This document shows, in pieces, positions 9,730 to 24,332 of a stretch of 64,000 nucleotides of DNA. Position 1 is the stretch's first letter; every line of letters begins with the position of its first letter. Below the pieces are notes generated by a model. The model searched no databases and was not told the DNA's origin. It worked only from the letters and a program-made list of their open reading frames with translations. The position numbers and the translations under genes were made by a program. Source of the DNA: Alphaproteobacteria bacterium (lineage in GTDB: Bacteria; Pseudomonadota; Alphaproteobacteria; MPNO01); the NCBI GenBank assembly GCA_964291675.2, contig OZ219866.1:3488001-3552000 (forward strand), written 5' to 3'.

Positions 9730-10603
9730 CCCTCCGGTGCTTTTGCAGGTTCTTGCCGAATCCCTGCGAGATCCGGTCGAAGATGATCGCCAGCACGACG
9801 ATGGCGAGGCCGTTCATCAGCCCGAGCGCGAGATACTGGTTGGAGATCGCCCTGAGCACCGGAACGCCGAGCCCCTTGACCCCGATCATCGAGGCGATGA
9901 CCACCATGGCGAGCGACATCATGATCGTCTGGTTGACGCCGGCGAAGATGTTGGGGAGCGCCAGCGGGATCTGCACCCCCAGCAGCTTCTGGATATAGCT
10001 CGCCCCGAAGGCGTCGGCGGCCTCCAGCACCTCCCGGTCGACCAGCCGGATGCCGAGATTGGTCAGGCGCACGATCGGCGGCAGGGCGTAGATGCACACC
10101 GCGATCAGCCCCGGGACCTTGCCGATGCCGAGCAGCATCACGACGGGGATCAGATAGACGAAGCTCGGGATCGTCTGCATCACGTCGAGCAGCGGGGTGA
10201 TCGCCGCCTGGACGCGGTCCGAGCGCGCCATGGCGATGCCGATCGGAATCCCCACCGCGATGCAGAGCAGCGTGGCGACGGACACGATGGCGAGCGTCGC
10301 CATCGTGTCCTGCCACATGCCGAGATAGCCGATCGCGAGAAACGCCGCGACCGTCCCGCCCACCACCAGCCAGTTCCGGGCGCCGAGCCAGGCGAAGGCG
10401 GCGATGGCCAGGATGACCAGCGGCCACGGGCTGGTCTGCAGCAGCCGCTCGAACCAGACCAGGAACTGGAGCAGCGGCTCGAAGAAGTTCTCGATCGCTT
10501 CCCCGTGGCTGCGCGAGAAATCGCGAAACCCCCGGTCTATGGCATTCTTGAGGTCGCGAAGCGCCTGATCCCCCAGCGTGGGGAATTTGTCCAACAGTTC
10601 CAC
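9713..10603 (-). CDS. proW: Glycine betaine/proline-type ABC transporter permease
   Basis: LDVMQTIPSFVYLIP and GVNQTIMMSLAMVVIASMIG signature. Confidence 0.88.
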   Translation of the reverse strand: MELLDKFPTLGDQALRDLKNAIDRGFRDFSRSHGEAIENFFEPLLQFLVWFERLLQTSPWPLVILAIAAFAWLGARNWLVVGGTVAAFLAIGYLGMWQDTMATLAIVSVATLLCIAVGIPIGIAMARSDRVQAAITPLLDVMQTIPSFVYLIPVVMLLGIGKVPGLIAVCIYALPPIVRLTNLGIRLVDREVLEAADAFGASYIQKLLGVQIPLALPNIFAGVNQTIMMSLAMVVIASMIGVKGLGVPVLRAISNQYLALGLMNGLAIVVLAIIFDRISQGFGKNLQKHRRDEHQR

Positions 10604-10677
10604 GTCCGGAAGCCCTGGCGCAGCGCGGCCGGGTCCGCCGACGACCGGCGGTCAGCGGACCCGTGAGTAACCAGGGC

Positions 10678-11682
10678 CTACAGCGAGGCCTTCACCTTGG
10701 CCGCGGCATCCGCCGACACCCACTTGGTCCAGACGCCCTCGTGCTTGCGCAGGAACTCCACCGCCGCGTCCTCGCCGCTCGCCTGGTTGGCCTGCATGTA
10801 GACCAGCATGCCGTTCATGATGTCGCCGGGAAAGACGCGCTTCTTCAGATAGTCGAGCGCCACCCCGCCGGCCTTCATGAACTTGTCGCTGACCACGGTA
10901 TGCACCTCGGACTTGGTCCAGGACGAGGGTTTCGGATCCGCGCATTCCTGTTCCGGTTTGACGATGCAGCCGTCCCAGTGCTCGCTGCCGACGAACGGCA
11001 CGCCGAACGGCACCTTCACGATGCCGAGCTTGCCGACCAGCGCGGTCGGCGACCAGTAATAGCCGAACCAGTTCTGGCCCCGCTCCACCGCCTTGGCCAT
11101 GGAGCCGTCCAGACCCGCGGCGGAACCGGGATCGACCAGCACCCAGCCCTTCTCCTTCATCTTGAAGCCCCGGAACAGGTTGGCGTTGGTCAACTGGCAG
11201 CCCCAGCCGGCCGGGCAGCCGACGAACGCCCCCTTCGACTTGTCCTCCTGGTAGGGGAACAGGTCGGGGCGTTCCAGGATGTCCAGAACCGTCTTCAGCT
11301 CAGGGTGCTTCTTCGCCGTGTGCGGCGAAATCCACCAGCCCTCGCCGAGCCCGGTGATCGGCCCTTCGTTCAGCGAGTGCAGCCGCCCTTCCTTGGTCGC
11401 CATGCCGAGCGGGTTGCGCACCGCGTTGATCCAGAGCTCGGGCGCAACGTCGGGCGCGCCCTTCTCGTTCATCGAGGTGAAGGTCGGCATCGTGTCACCC
11501 GGAACCAGCGAGGCCTTGCAGCCATAGCCCTTCTCCAGGACGATCTTGTCCACGTTGGCCATCAGCTCGGCCGATGCCCAGTTCATGTTCGCGATCACCA
11601 CCGACCCGCAAGCGGCCAGCGCGCCCGGCGCCGCGGCCAGCCCTACCGCCGCCGCCGCCAGAACCGTCAGAAGCTTCTTCAT
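10678..11682 (-). CDS. proX: Betaine/compatible-solute ABC substrate-binding protein
   Basis: Signal peptide, MNWASA, GCPAGWGC, YYWSPT; exact ligand not determinable from sequence. Confidence 0.8.
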   Translation of the reverse strand: MKKLLTVLAAAAVGLAAAPGALAACGSVVIANMNWASAELMANVDKIVLEKGYGCKASLVPGDTMPTFTSMNEKGAPDVAPELWINAVRNPLGMATKEGRLHSLNEGPITGLGEGWWISPHTAKKHPELKTVLDILERPDLFPYQEDKSKGAFVGCPAGWGCQLTNANLFRGFKMKEKGWVLVDPGSAAGLDGSMAKAVERGQNWFGYYWSPTALVGKLGIVKVPFGVPFVGSEHWDGCIVKPEQECADPKPSSWTKSEVHTVVSDKFMKAGGVALDYLKKRVFPGDIMNGMLVYMQANQASGEDAAVEFLRKHEGVWTKWVSADAAAKVKASL

Positions 11683-11774
11683 GCGTACCTCCCACCTTCT
11701 TTTGCTACTGCGCCCCAGCATAAACACATGGCTGGAGAAGTCACCCCGGGATGTTCCCGGCGGTTGCAGGAAAT

Positions 11775-12524
11775 TCAGAAATCGCCGGCAGGAATTGCGC
11801 CGGCTCCCCGTCGCGCCGGCAGGACGGCATCGAGCAGGGCGGGCGCGGCGCGCCACACCTCGCCCGCTGCGCGAATGCGCGGCAGGGGGAGGACGGGCGT
11901 CGTCGGCAGGAAACCGCGCAGCGTCTCCACGGTCGGCGCGAGGCCGACATCGTTGTCCTCCGACTCGCTGATCGCCGCCGCCGCGATGGCGATGCCCGCG
12001 CTCTCCAGGGCGCGCGCGGCGGTGAGCGTGTGGCTGAGCGCCCCCAGATAGCTGCCGCCGACGAGGACCGCGGGAAGGCCGAGCGCGGCGATCCAGTCGA
12101 GCACGGTCCGGCGCGTCGTCACCGGCACCATCGCGCCGCCCACCCCCTCGATCAGCAGGGTCTCGCCGGCGGCGGCGCACGCCTTCATCTCGGCCCGGCA
12201 GAACCCGACCAGGGCGTCGAAGTCGATCTCCCGCCCTTCGGCGGCGGCGGCCATGTGGGGGGAGAGCGGCGCACCGAAGCGCCAGGGCGAGATCCCGGCG
12301 ATCCCGTCCGCGTCCACCGGCCGGCCGAGCGCGGCGAGGAGCCGGCCCGAATCCGAATCCGCGGGGGCAACCTCGTCGAGCCCGCTGATCACCGGCTTGA
12401 GCGCGCGCACCGGACGCCCCGCCTCGCGGAGCTGGTGGACCAGGGCCGCGGTCACCAGCGTCTTGCCGATTTCCGTGCCGGCGGCGGTGACGAACAGCGC
12501 GCGCGCGTCGGGATCGCGTTCCAT
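11775..12524 (-). CDS. bioD: Dethiobiotin synthase
   Basis: TAAGTEIGKT, LKPVISG, PLSPHMAA, IEGVGG, YLGALSHT. Confidence 0.9.
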   Translation of the reverse strand: MERDPDARALFVTAAGTEIGKTLVTAALVHQLREAGRPVRALKPVISGLDEVAPADSDSGRLLAALGRPVDADGIAGISPWRFGAPLSPHMAAAAEGREIDFDALVGFCRAEMKACAAAGETLLIEGVGGAMVPVTTRRTVLDWIAALGLPAVLVGGSYLGALSHTLTAARALESAGIAIAAAAISESEDNDVGLAPTVETLRGFLPTTPVLPLPRIRAAGEVWRAAPALLDAVLPARRGAGAIPAGDF

Positions 12525-12538
12525 CGGGCAAGCGGCGC

Positions 12539-13522
12539 TCAGGGCACGATCGCGATCTTGCCGAGATGCGAATCGCGGCGCATCTCGGCATAGGCGTCGG
12601 CCACCCGTTCGAGCGGATAGGCGGCGTGCAGCGGCAGCTCGATCTTCCCGCCCTCGATCGACGGGCCGAGATCGGCCCAGGCGCGCTCGACGATGGCGGC
12701 GATCTCGTCGTCCGAGCGGGTGCGGAAGGTCACCCCGATATAGTCGATCCGCTTGAGCGCGTGCAGGTCGAAGTCGAACTCCCCCGTCATCCCGCCGAGC
12801 CGCCCGACATTGACGATCCGGCCGCGAACCGCCGCCGCCTGCATGCCGGCGTTCACCGCCGGGCCCGACACCATGTCGACGATCAGATCGACCCCCTTGC
12901 CACCGGTCGCCGCGCGCACCCGGTCGGGCCAGAGGGGGTCGGATATGTCGATCCCCTCGTCCATGCCGAACGCGGCCAGGCGTTCCAGCCGGTCGCGCGA
13001 GCGCGAGGCGCCGAGCACCGGGGACGCCCCCTTGGCCCTGGCGATCTGCATGCCGACGATGCCGACGCCCGAACCGGCGCCGAGGAAGAGCACGCTCTCG
13101 CCCGCCGCGAGCCGGCCGTTGGTGACGATGGCATCGTGCATGGTCTCGACGGCGACGGGGAAGGCGGCCGCGCGCTCCCACGCCATGCCGTCGGGCACCG
13201 GGAAGACGTGGCGCTGGTCGACCGTGGTCAGTTCGGCGAAGGCGGAAGCGCCGAACCCCATCACCCGGTCGCCCGCCGCGAACCGGTCGGTGCCCGGGCC
13301 GAGGGCGGCGACCGTGCCGGCGAACTCGTTGCCGGCGATCGCCGGGCCCGATGCGCCGGTGCCGTGGCGGTGCCGGAGCGGCATCACCAGATCGGCGCGG
13401 TTGAGCCCCGCCGCCCCCACCCGCACCAGGAGCTCGCCCTCGCCGGGCGACGGTTCGGGCAGGTCGCCCGCGACCTCCAGCCGCCGCCTTCCGCCGTCTT
13501 CGACAATCACCGCCGCGCGCAT
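12539..13522 (-). CDS. NADPH:quinone oxidoreductase (MDR superfamily)
   Basis: GLNRAD, GAGSGVG, HLGKIAI. Confidence 0.85.
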   Translation of the reverse strand: MRAAVIVEDGGRRRLEVAGDLPEPSPGEGELLVRVGAAGLNRADLVMPLRHRHGTGASGPAIAGNEFAGTVAALGPGTDRFAAGDRVMGFGASAFAELTTVDQRHVFPVPDGMAWERAAAFPVAVETMHDAIVTNGRLAAGESVLFLGAGSGVGIVGMQIARAKGASPVLGASRSRDRLERLAAFGMDEGIDISDPLWPDRVRAATGGKGVDLIVDMVSGPAVNAGMQAAAVRGRIVNVGRLGGMTGEFDFDLHALKRIDYIGVTFRTRSDDEIAAIVERAWADLGPSIEGGKIELPLHAAYPLERVADAYAEMRRDSHLGKIAIVP

Positions 13523-13536
13523 CTGTCTCTCCTCGG

Positions 13537-14940
13537 TCAGGGCAGGACTTCCGCCAGGTCGATCTTGTCCAGGTTGAGCGGCATCGCCGGCTCGAAGCGC
13601 TCGCGAACCGAGCTGTCGGCGCCCACCGGGCGCGTCGCGTCGATCAGCCACTTGGTGCCGATCCGGTACATCGGGCTCTGGCCCGGCACGATGTCGGATA
13701 TGTTGTCGAGCGACCAGGTCCGCGCGTTCGGTATTTTTACGACATCGCGCCCGGCGTCGACCCGCGTGGTCAGCGACCAGAAGACCTGGCGCAGATCGGT
13801 GCAGTCGATGTCCTCGTCGACCGCGATGGCGAGCTTGGGGTGCATCTGCGGACCCGAGAGCGCGGCCATCAGGGCGGTCTTCGCCTGGCCTTCCACCCGC
13901 GGCCTCAGCTTGACCACCACCGCCATCAGCCCGGCGATCCCGAGGCAGCGCAGGTCGAGCAGGTCGAGCCCGCCCTCGACGCGCTCCAGATGCTGCCACA
14001 GCAGCATGTCGATGGCGCTCGCGACCAGCGCCTGGGTGTCGGTCATCGGCGCGCCGCACTGCATGGCATAGAAGATCGGGTCGGCGCGGCGCGTCAGCGC
14101 CGCCACCTTGAAGACCTGAATGCGGCCCTCCATCGCATAGCCGCCCGATCCCTCGCCGAACGGACCCTCGGGCGTGGTCTCGTCGGGCGGGATCTCGCCT
14201 TCCAGCACCAGCTCCGCGTCGGCCGGCACCTCCATGTCGACGCTCTCGCAGCGCACCATGCGGACCGGCTCGCCGAGCAGCGCGCCCGCGACGGTGAGCT
14301 CGTCGGTGCCGTAGGGCGCGGTATAGGAGGACGCGAAATAGATCGCCGGATGCGCCCCCACCGCGACCGCCACCGGCATCGGCTCGTTTCGCGCCTGGTA
14401 TTTCTGGTAGATCCTGAGCGCCTGGCGCGGGCAGATCAGGTAGCCCGTCCGGTCGGGGCCGAGCACCTGCATGCGGTGGATCGACATGTTGCGGATGCCG
14501 GTGTCGGGGTCCTTGACGATCGCCATGCCGGCGGCGATGTAGGGGCCGGGATCGGCCTCCGACGTCCAGACCGCGGGGATGCGCGTGAGGTCGACCTCCG
14601 GGCCGCGCAGGACGACCTGCTTGACCGGGGCATCCGCCCGCGGGATCTCCGCCGTCGGCACGGGCTTTCGCAGCCGCGCGTTGAAGCTCGCCACCACGTC
14701 CCGCTCGGCGACGCCGAGCGCGATACCCCATTTGCGCCGGTCGGCGATGATCTGGTTCGCCACCCGCCAGCCCGCAAACCCCACCGGGTCGGTGAACAGG
14801 CTCGCCTTGCCCAGCCGGTCGTATGTCTTCCAGCCGATGGCGGTGAGGTCGGCGAGCGGATCGACCGGCCGGTCGAAGCGGACCAGCTCGCCCGCCGCTT
14901 CCAGCGCATCGAGATAGCCGCGAATCGATTGATCGCCCAC
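13537..14940 (-). CDS. UbiD family (prFMN-dependent) decarboxylase
   Basis: NMSIHR, EGPFGE, VDEDID motifs. Confidence 0.88.
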   Translation of the reverse strand: MGDQSIRGYLDALEAAGELVRFDRPVDPLADLTAIGWKTYDRLGKASLFTDPVGFAGWRVANQIIADRRKWGIALGVAERDVVASFNARLRKPVPTAEIPRADAPVKQVVLRGPEVDLTRIPAVWTSEADPGPYIAAGMAIVKDPDTGIRNMSIHRMQVLGPDRTGYLICPRQALRIYQKYQARNEPMPVAVAVGAHPAIYFASSYTAPYGTDELTVAGALLGEPVRMVRCESVDMEVPADAELVLEGEIPPDETTPEGPFGEGSGGYAMEGRIQVFKVAALTRRADPIFYAMQCGAPMTDTQALVASAIDMLLWQHLERVEGGLDLLDLRCLGIAGLMAVVVKLRPRVEGQAKTALMAALSGPQMHPKLAIAVDEDIDCTDLRQVFWSLTTRVDAGRDVVKIPNARTWSLDNISDIVPGQSPMYRIGTKWLIDATRPVGADSSVRERFEPAMPLNLDKIDLAEVLP

Positions 14941-15018
14941 GCATGCCTCCGGCCGATTGATCCGGCCCCGCGGTGCCGGTAAGGAACGGCCAATCTACCA
15001 CCAGCGGGAGCACGCGGC

Positions 15019-16197
15019 ATGACCGCCCGGTTCGACGATCCGCTCGGCGCGTTCTGCACCCACAGCCGCCCGACCGCGCCGGGGAGCGGGCAGGGACCCC
15101 TCAAGGGTTTCGCCTTCGCGGTCAAGGACGTGTTCGACATCGCCGGCTACAAGACCGGGTTCGGCAGCCCGGAATGGCTCGCCACGCACGAGGCGGCGAC
15201 GGCGACGGCCCCGGCGGTCCGGCGCCTGCTCGATGCCGGCGCGCGGATGGTGGGCAAGACCCTGACCGACGAGCTTGCCTACAGCCTGACCGGGGAGAAC
15301 GTCCATTACGGCACGCCGGTCAACCCGGCGGCTCCCGACCGGGTTCCCGGCGGCTCGTCCAACGGCTCCGCCTCGGCGGTGGCCGGCGGGCTGGCCGATT
15401 TCGCGCTCGGGACCGATTGCGGCGGCTCGGTGCGGCTGCCGGCGAGCTATTGCGGCATCTTCGGCATCCGCCCGACGGTCGACCGGGTACCGCTCGACGG
15501 CGTGATTCCGTTCGGCCCGCCCTTCGACGTGGCCGGCTGGTTCGCCCGCGATGCGGGGCTGCTGGAGGCCGTCGGCCGGGTGTTGCTCGACGACGCCGCG
15601 CCGCCGCCGCGGCGCCTGCTGCGCGGGGTCGATGCCTTCGCGGCGGCCGGGGAGCGGGTCGCCGCGGCGCTCGCCGAGGCGGTCGCCCGGGCGGAGGACG
15701 CGGTCGCCCCGGCGGTCGATTTGTCGCTGGCCGAGGGCGGGCTGGGAGGCTGGTTCGAGACCTTCCGGGTCGTGCAGGCCGCCTCGATCTGGTCCAATCT
15801 CGGCGCCTGGGTGACCGAGACCCGGCCGCGCCTCGGGCCCGGGGCGAAGATGCGGCTCGACTGGGCTTCCGGTCTCGACGCGCGCACCGTCGCCGCGGCG
15901 CGGGCCGAGCACGCGGCGATCCGGGACCGCCTGGACTCGGTCCTCGGGGACGGGGACGTGCTCGTCATCCCCACCTCGCCGCGCGCCGCGCCGCTCAAGA
16001 ACACGCCGCTCGACGACATCGAGATCCGCTTCCGCAACCAGGCGATGCATCTGCTGTGCATCGCCGGGCTCGGCGGGCTGCCGCAGGTCAGCCTGCCGAT
16101 GGCGACGATCGACGGCCTGCCGCTCGGCCTCTCGCTGGTCGGGCCGCGCGGGGCGGACATGCAATTGCTGGCGCTGGCCCGTAAACTGTGCGCCTGA
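15019..16197 (+). CDS. Amidase signature family protein
   Basis: VKD, GGSSNGSA, GTDCGGSVRLPA. Confidence 0.9.
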   Translation: MTARFDDPLGAFCTHSRPTAPGSGQGPLKGFAFAVKDVFDIAGYKTGFGSPEWLATHEAATATAPAVRRLLDAGARMVGKTLTDELAYSLTGENVHYGTPVNPAAPDRVPGGSSNGSASAVAGGLADFALGTDCGGSVRLPASYCGIFGIRPTVDRVPLDGVIPFGPPFDVAGWFARDAGLLEAVGRVLLDDAAPPPRRLLRGVDAFAAAGERVAAALAEAVARAEDAVAPAVDLSLAEGGLGGWFETFRVVQAASIWSNLGAWVTETRPRLGPGAKMRLDWASGLDARTVAAARAEHAAIRDRLDSVLGDGDVLVIPTSPRAAPLKNTPLDDIEIRFRNQAMHLLCIAGLGGLPQVSLPMATIDGLPLGLSLVGPRGADMQLLALARKLCA

Positions 16198-16214
16198 CCG
16201 GAGGGAGGGAGAGG

Positions 16215-16916
16215 ATGCCCCATCAGCTGGAGATCCCGGACTACGTGATCGAACGCATCATGGCCAAGCGGGGCCGTCTTCACGTCTTCGACAGGTTCGA
16301 TCCGACGAAGACCGCCCTGGTGGTGATCGACATGCAGAACTTCTTCGTCGCCGAGGTCGACACCGCGAAAAGCATCTGCCCCAACATCAACCGGCTCGCC
16401 GCTTCGGTCCGGGCGCGCGGCGGCGTGGTCGCCTGGGTGCTGCTGACGGTGGCCGAGGAGATGGACGGCCCGAGCCTGTGGCCGATCTACCACGACCACT
16501 TCTTCACCCCGGCCAAGATGAAGGCGCACAAGGACGGTCTGACCGAGGGCAGCGAGGGCCACCGGCTCTACCACACCCTGGAGGTGGAGGAGACCGACCT
16601 GATCGCCCGCAAGACGCGGTTCTCGACCTTTATCCAGGGGTCTTCCGACCTCGACGAGAGGCTGCGCGCGCGCGGCATCGAGAACCTGCTGATCGCCGGC
16701 ACCGCGACCAATTTCTGCTGCGAGACCAGCGCGCGCGACGCGATGATGATCGGCTACCGCGTGGTCATGGTCTCCGACGCCAACGCGGCGCGCTACGACG
16801 AGGACCACCTGGTCGGGCTGACCTCGGTCTGGCAGAGCTTCGGCGACGTGCGCGGCGTGGACGACTGCATCGACGCGCTGCTGGCGCCCGGGGTCGAAAC
16901 CGCGGCCGCCGAATAG
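16215..16916 (+). CDS. Isochorismatase-like cysteine hydrolase
   Basis: VIDMQN, KTRFS, TNFCCETSARD (Asp-Lys-Cys triad). Confidence 0.87.
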   Translation: MPHQLEIPDYVIERIMAKRGRLHVFDRFDPTKTALVVIDMQNFFVAEVDTAKSICPNINRLAASVRARGGVVAWVLLTVAEEMDGPSLWPIYHDHFFTPAKMKAHKDGLTEGSEGHRLYHTLEVEETDLIARKTRFSTFIQGSSDLDERLRARGIENLLIAGTATNFCCETSARDAMMIGYRVVMVSDANAARYDEDHLVGLTSVWQSFGDVRGVDDCIDALLAPGVETAAAE

Positions 16917-16923
16917 CGGCTCC

Positions 16924-17697
<774 letters not shown>

Positions 17698-17702
17698 GGG
17701 GC

Positions 17703-18179
17703 TCAGCGGAACTCGACGCCCATCACCTCGTAGGACTTGGTGCCCTTGGGGGTGGTCACCTCGACCGAGTCGCCGATGGTCCGCCCGATCACCGCGCGGG
17801 CCAGCGGGGAGGTGACCGACAGCCGTCCGGCGTCGACATCGGACTCGTGCTCGCCCACGATCTGGAACGTGCGCTCCTGCTCGGTGTCCTCGTCGGAGAG
17901 CGTGACGATGGCGCCGAACTTGATCTCCTTGCCCGAGAGCTTGGCCACGTCGATCACCTCGGCGCGCCTGATCACGTCCTCGATATCGGCCACCCTTCCC
18001 TCGACGAAGGCCTGGCGTTCGCGCGCGGCGTGGTATTCCGCGTTCTCGGAGAGGTCGCCATGCTCGCGCGCGGCGGCGATGGCGCGAATGATCTCCGGCC
18101 GCTCGACCGATTTCAGCCGCTTGAGCTCCGCTTCCAGGTGCGAATACCCTTCCGCGGTCATGGGCACTCTGTCCATCAT
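17703..18179 (-). CDS. greA: Transcription elongation factor GreA
   Basis: [16 protein letters not shown] and SPLARA motifs. Confidence 0.95.
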   Translation of the reverse strand: MMDRVPMTAEGYSHLEAELKRLKSVERPEIIRAIAAAREHGDLSENAEYHAARERQAFVEGRVADIEDVIRRAEVIDVAKLSGKEIKFGAIVTLSDEDTEQERTFQIVGEHESDVDAGRLSVTSPLARAVIGRTIGDSVEVTTPKGTKSYEVMGVEFR

Positions 18180-18431
18180 CCGACCACCGTACCAAAACCG
18201 CCCCCACGCGGCGCCGGCCACGCGAACCCGATGCCGATGCGAGGGGACTTGTCAGGCCCTTGAATGTAGGATCGCCGGATGTCAAGTTCAAGCGTCGAGC
18301 CCCGTGGGCGCCCCGGCGGGGCCAGCCGCAAGCGGCGGGCCGGAGGCTGCGGCCGGGGTCCCGGCCCGGCGAGACGGCAGCGCGTTCGCGGTCTGTAATC
18401 CGGCGTGGTTGGCATCGAGCAGGGAGCCGAG

Positions 18432-18893
18432 ATGCTTCGCAAGCGCCTGGCCGACCGGCTGAAAGCGGGGATGAAGGAAAAGGACGCCTGCACGGTGTCG
18501 ACGGTTCGCCTGATCCTGGCCGCGATCAAGGACCGCGATATCGCCTCGCGCGGCAGGGGCGAGGGCGAAGCGATCGCCGACCAGGACATACTGGGCGTGT
18601 TGCAGACCATGGTGCGCCAGCGCGAGGAGGCGATCGCGCTCTACCGGCAGGGCGGCCGGGACGAGCTCGCGCGGCAGGAAGAGGAGGAGATCCGCGTCAT
18701 CGAGGGCTTCCTGCCGCGGCAGATGTCGGACGACGAGACCGCCGGCGCGGTTCACGCGCTGATCGCCGAGATCGGCGCGGACAGCATCAAGGACATGGGA
18801 CGCACGATGGCGCTCCTGAAGGAGCGCTATGCCGGGCGGATGAATTTCGGCCGTGCCAGCGCGGTGGTAAAATCCGAGCTGGCCGGAAGCTGA
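18432..18893 (+). CDS. GatB/YqeY domain protein
   Basis: TVRLILAAIKD...FLPRQMS...IKDMGR; upstream of dnaG. Confidence 0.88.
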   Translation: MLRKRLADRLKAGMKEKDACTVSTVRLILAAIKDRDIASRGRGEGEAIADQDILGVLQTMVRQREEAIALYRQGGRDELARQEEEEIRVIEGFLPRQMSDDETAGAVHALIAEIGADSIKDMGRTMALLKERYAGRMNFGRASAVVKSELAGS

Positions 18894-18928
18894 CCGGCCC
18901 GGGCGCATAGCACGCGACGGGGGACGGG

Positions 18929-20731
18929 ATGGCGATAGCGCCGGATTTCCTCGACGAGATCCGCGCCCGTGTCGGGCTTGGCGACGTCATCGCGCGCCAT
19001 GTGTCGCTCAAGCGCGCCGGGCGCGAGCTCAGCGGCCTCTGCCCGTTCCACAACGAGAAGACCCCGTCTTTCACGGTCAGCGAGGAGAAGGGGTTTTTCC
19101 ACTGCTTCGGCTGCGGCGCGCATGGCGACGTGATCGGCTTCGTCATGCGCCAGGAGGGGCTCTCCTTCCCCGAGGCGGTCGAGCGCCTGGCTTCCGAGGC
19201 GGGGCTCGAAATGCCGCGGGCGACCCCGGCGGAGCGCGAGGCGGAACGGCAGAGGGCGAACCTGCACGACGCGATGGAGCGCGCCTGCCGCTTCTTCGAG
19301 GCCGAGCTGCGAAGCCCGAGGGGCGCCCGGGCGCTGGCCTATCTGGCGGAGCGGCAGATCGACGCGGCGACCATCGCCCGGTTCCGGCTGGGCTACGCGC
19401 CGGATTCGCGGACCGCGCTGCGCAACGCGGTGATGGACGCCGACCACCCCGAGGCGCTGCTCGTCGAGGCCGGTCTGCTGATCCGCCCGGACAGCGGCAC
19501 CCCCTATGACCGGTTCCGCGGCCGGGTGATCTTTCCCATCGCCGACCGGCGCGGCCGGGTGATCGCGTTCGGCGGCCGGACGCTCGGCGACGGCACCCCG
19601 AAATACCTCAACTCGCCGGAGACGCCGCTGTTCGACAAGAGCCGCGTGCTGTACGGCATGGCGACCGCGCGCGAGGCGGCGCACCGCAACCGCCGGGTGA
19701 TCGTGACCGAGGGCTACACCGACGTGATCGCGCTCAACCGGGCGGGATATGCGGAGGCGGTGGCGCCGCTCGGCACCGCGCTGACCGAGAGCCATCTGCA
19801 CGCGCTGTGGCGCATGGCGCCCGAGCCGATCCTGTGCTTCGACGGCGACGAGGCCGGAAAGCGGGCGGCCCGGCGCGCCGCCGAGCGGGCGCTGCCGCTG
19901 CTGGAGCCCGGCCGGTCGCTGCAATTCGTGTCCCTGCCGCCGGGCCTGGACCCGGACGGGCTGGTCGCCGAGGGCGGCAGCGGCGCCGTCGATGCCTGTC
20001 TGGCGGGGCGGCGCGGCCTGGTCGAGCTGGTGTGGGAGATGCACGCCGAGGGCCGGAATTTCGATACGCCCGAACGGATCGCCGGTCTCGAACAGGCGCT
20101 GGAGCGCGCCGCCGACAGGATCGACAACCGCAGGGTGCAGTACCAGTACCGGACCCGCTTCCGAAGCCGGCTCGACGACCGGTTCGGCTTCCGGCGCGGC
20201 CCGCGCCGGCGCGGCGGCGGCGAAGGGATCGGCATCCGCCCCGGCATGTCGCCCGAGACGCTGCCGCGCAGCACCGTCCGACATGTCGTCGCGACCCTGC
20301 TGCGCCACCCGCCGCTGATCGAGGAGTTCGACGAACGCCTGGCTTCGCTGGAGGTGGAAGAGCGGCGGGTGGACGGCCTGCTGCGGCGAATCCTGGCCGT
20401 GGTTCACGACGCGCCGGGGCTTGACGAACACGGACTCAAGAGCCACTTGAGCGGGACGGATGCGGAGCTGGCCGAGGCTCTGATCCGCGCCGATGTCTAT
20501 ACGCAATGGCGTTTTGCCGGGCCTGACGCTACAATCGAGTCGGCACGGTCCGGCGTTTCCCATGCCTTGGACGGGCTTGAGTTGTCCAGTGTGAAGGCGG
20601 ATTTGGCAGCGGCGGAAATGGCACTTGCCAACGATCCCAGCGAAGAGAACGTAGAGCGACTGATCCAATTGAAGGCCGAACTCGAACTTTTCGACGGCGA
20701 GGACGCGGTGCCCGCCGGGGAGACGGGCTAG
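18929..20731 (+). CDS. dnaG: DNA primase
   Basis: CPFHNEKTPSF zinc finger, KYLNSPET, EGYTD, CFDGDEAG Toprim. Confidence 0.96.
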   Translation: MAIAPDFLDEIRARVGLGDVIARHVSLKRAGRELSGLCPFHNEKTPSFTVSEEKGFFHCFGCGAHGDVIGFVMRQEGLSFPEAVERLASEAGLEMPRATPAEREAERQRANLHDAMERACRFFEAELRSPRGARALAYLAERQIDAATIARFRLGYAPDSRTALRNAVMDADHPEALLVEAGLLIRPDSGTPYDRFRGRVIFPIADRRGRVIAFGGRTLGDGTPKYLNSPETPLFDKSRVLYGMATAREAAHRNRRVIVTEGYTDVIALNRAGYAEAVAPLGTALTESHLHALWRMAPEPILCFDGDEAGKRAARRAAERALPLLEPGRSLQFVSLPPGLDPDGLVAEGGSGAVDACLAGRRGLVELVWEMHAEGRNFDTPERIAGLEQALERAADRIDNRRVQYQYRTRFRSRLDDRFGFRRGPRRRGGGEGIGIRPGMSPETLPRSTVRHVVATLLRHPPLIEEFDERLASLEVEERRVDGLLRRILAVVHDAPGLDEHGLKSHLSGTDAELAEALIRADVYTQWRFAGPDATIESARSGVSHALDGLELSSVKADLAAAEMALANDPSEENVERLIQLKAELELFDGEDAVPAGETG

Positions 20732-20818
20732 GGCAGGAATTTTCGGCGCCGGGGGCATGCCCCGGTGCCGCGCAGCCGGAGCTCCGGCTGCCCGGGGTAC
20801 ACATCGACAGGGGCGGCG

Positions 20819-22774
<1,956 letters not shown>

Positions 22775-22829
22775 CGCGGACCGGCGCTCCGGCTCCGGTC
22801 CGAACCGTGTAGAGCCGGGAGCGGCCCCT

Positions 22830-24324
<1,495 letters not shown>

Positions 24325-24332
<8 letters not shown>

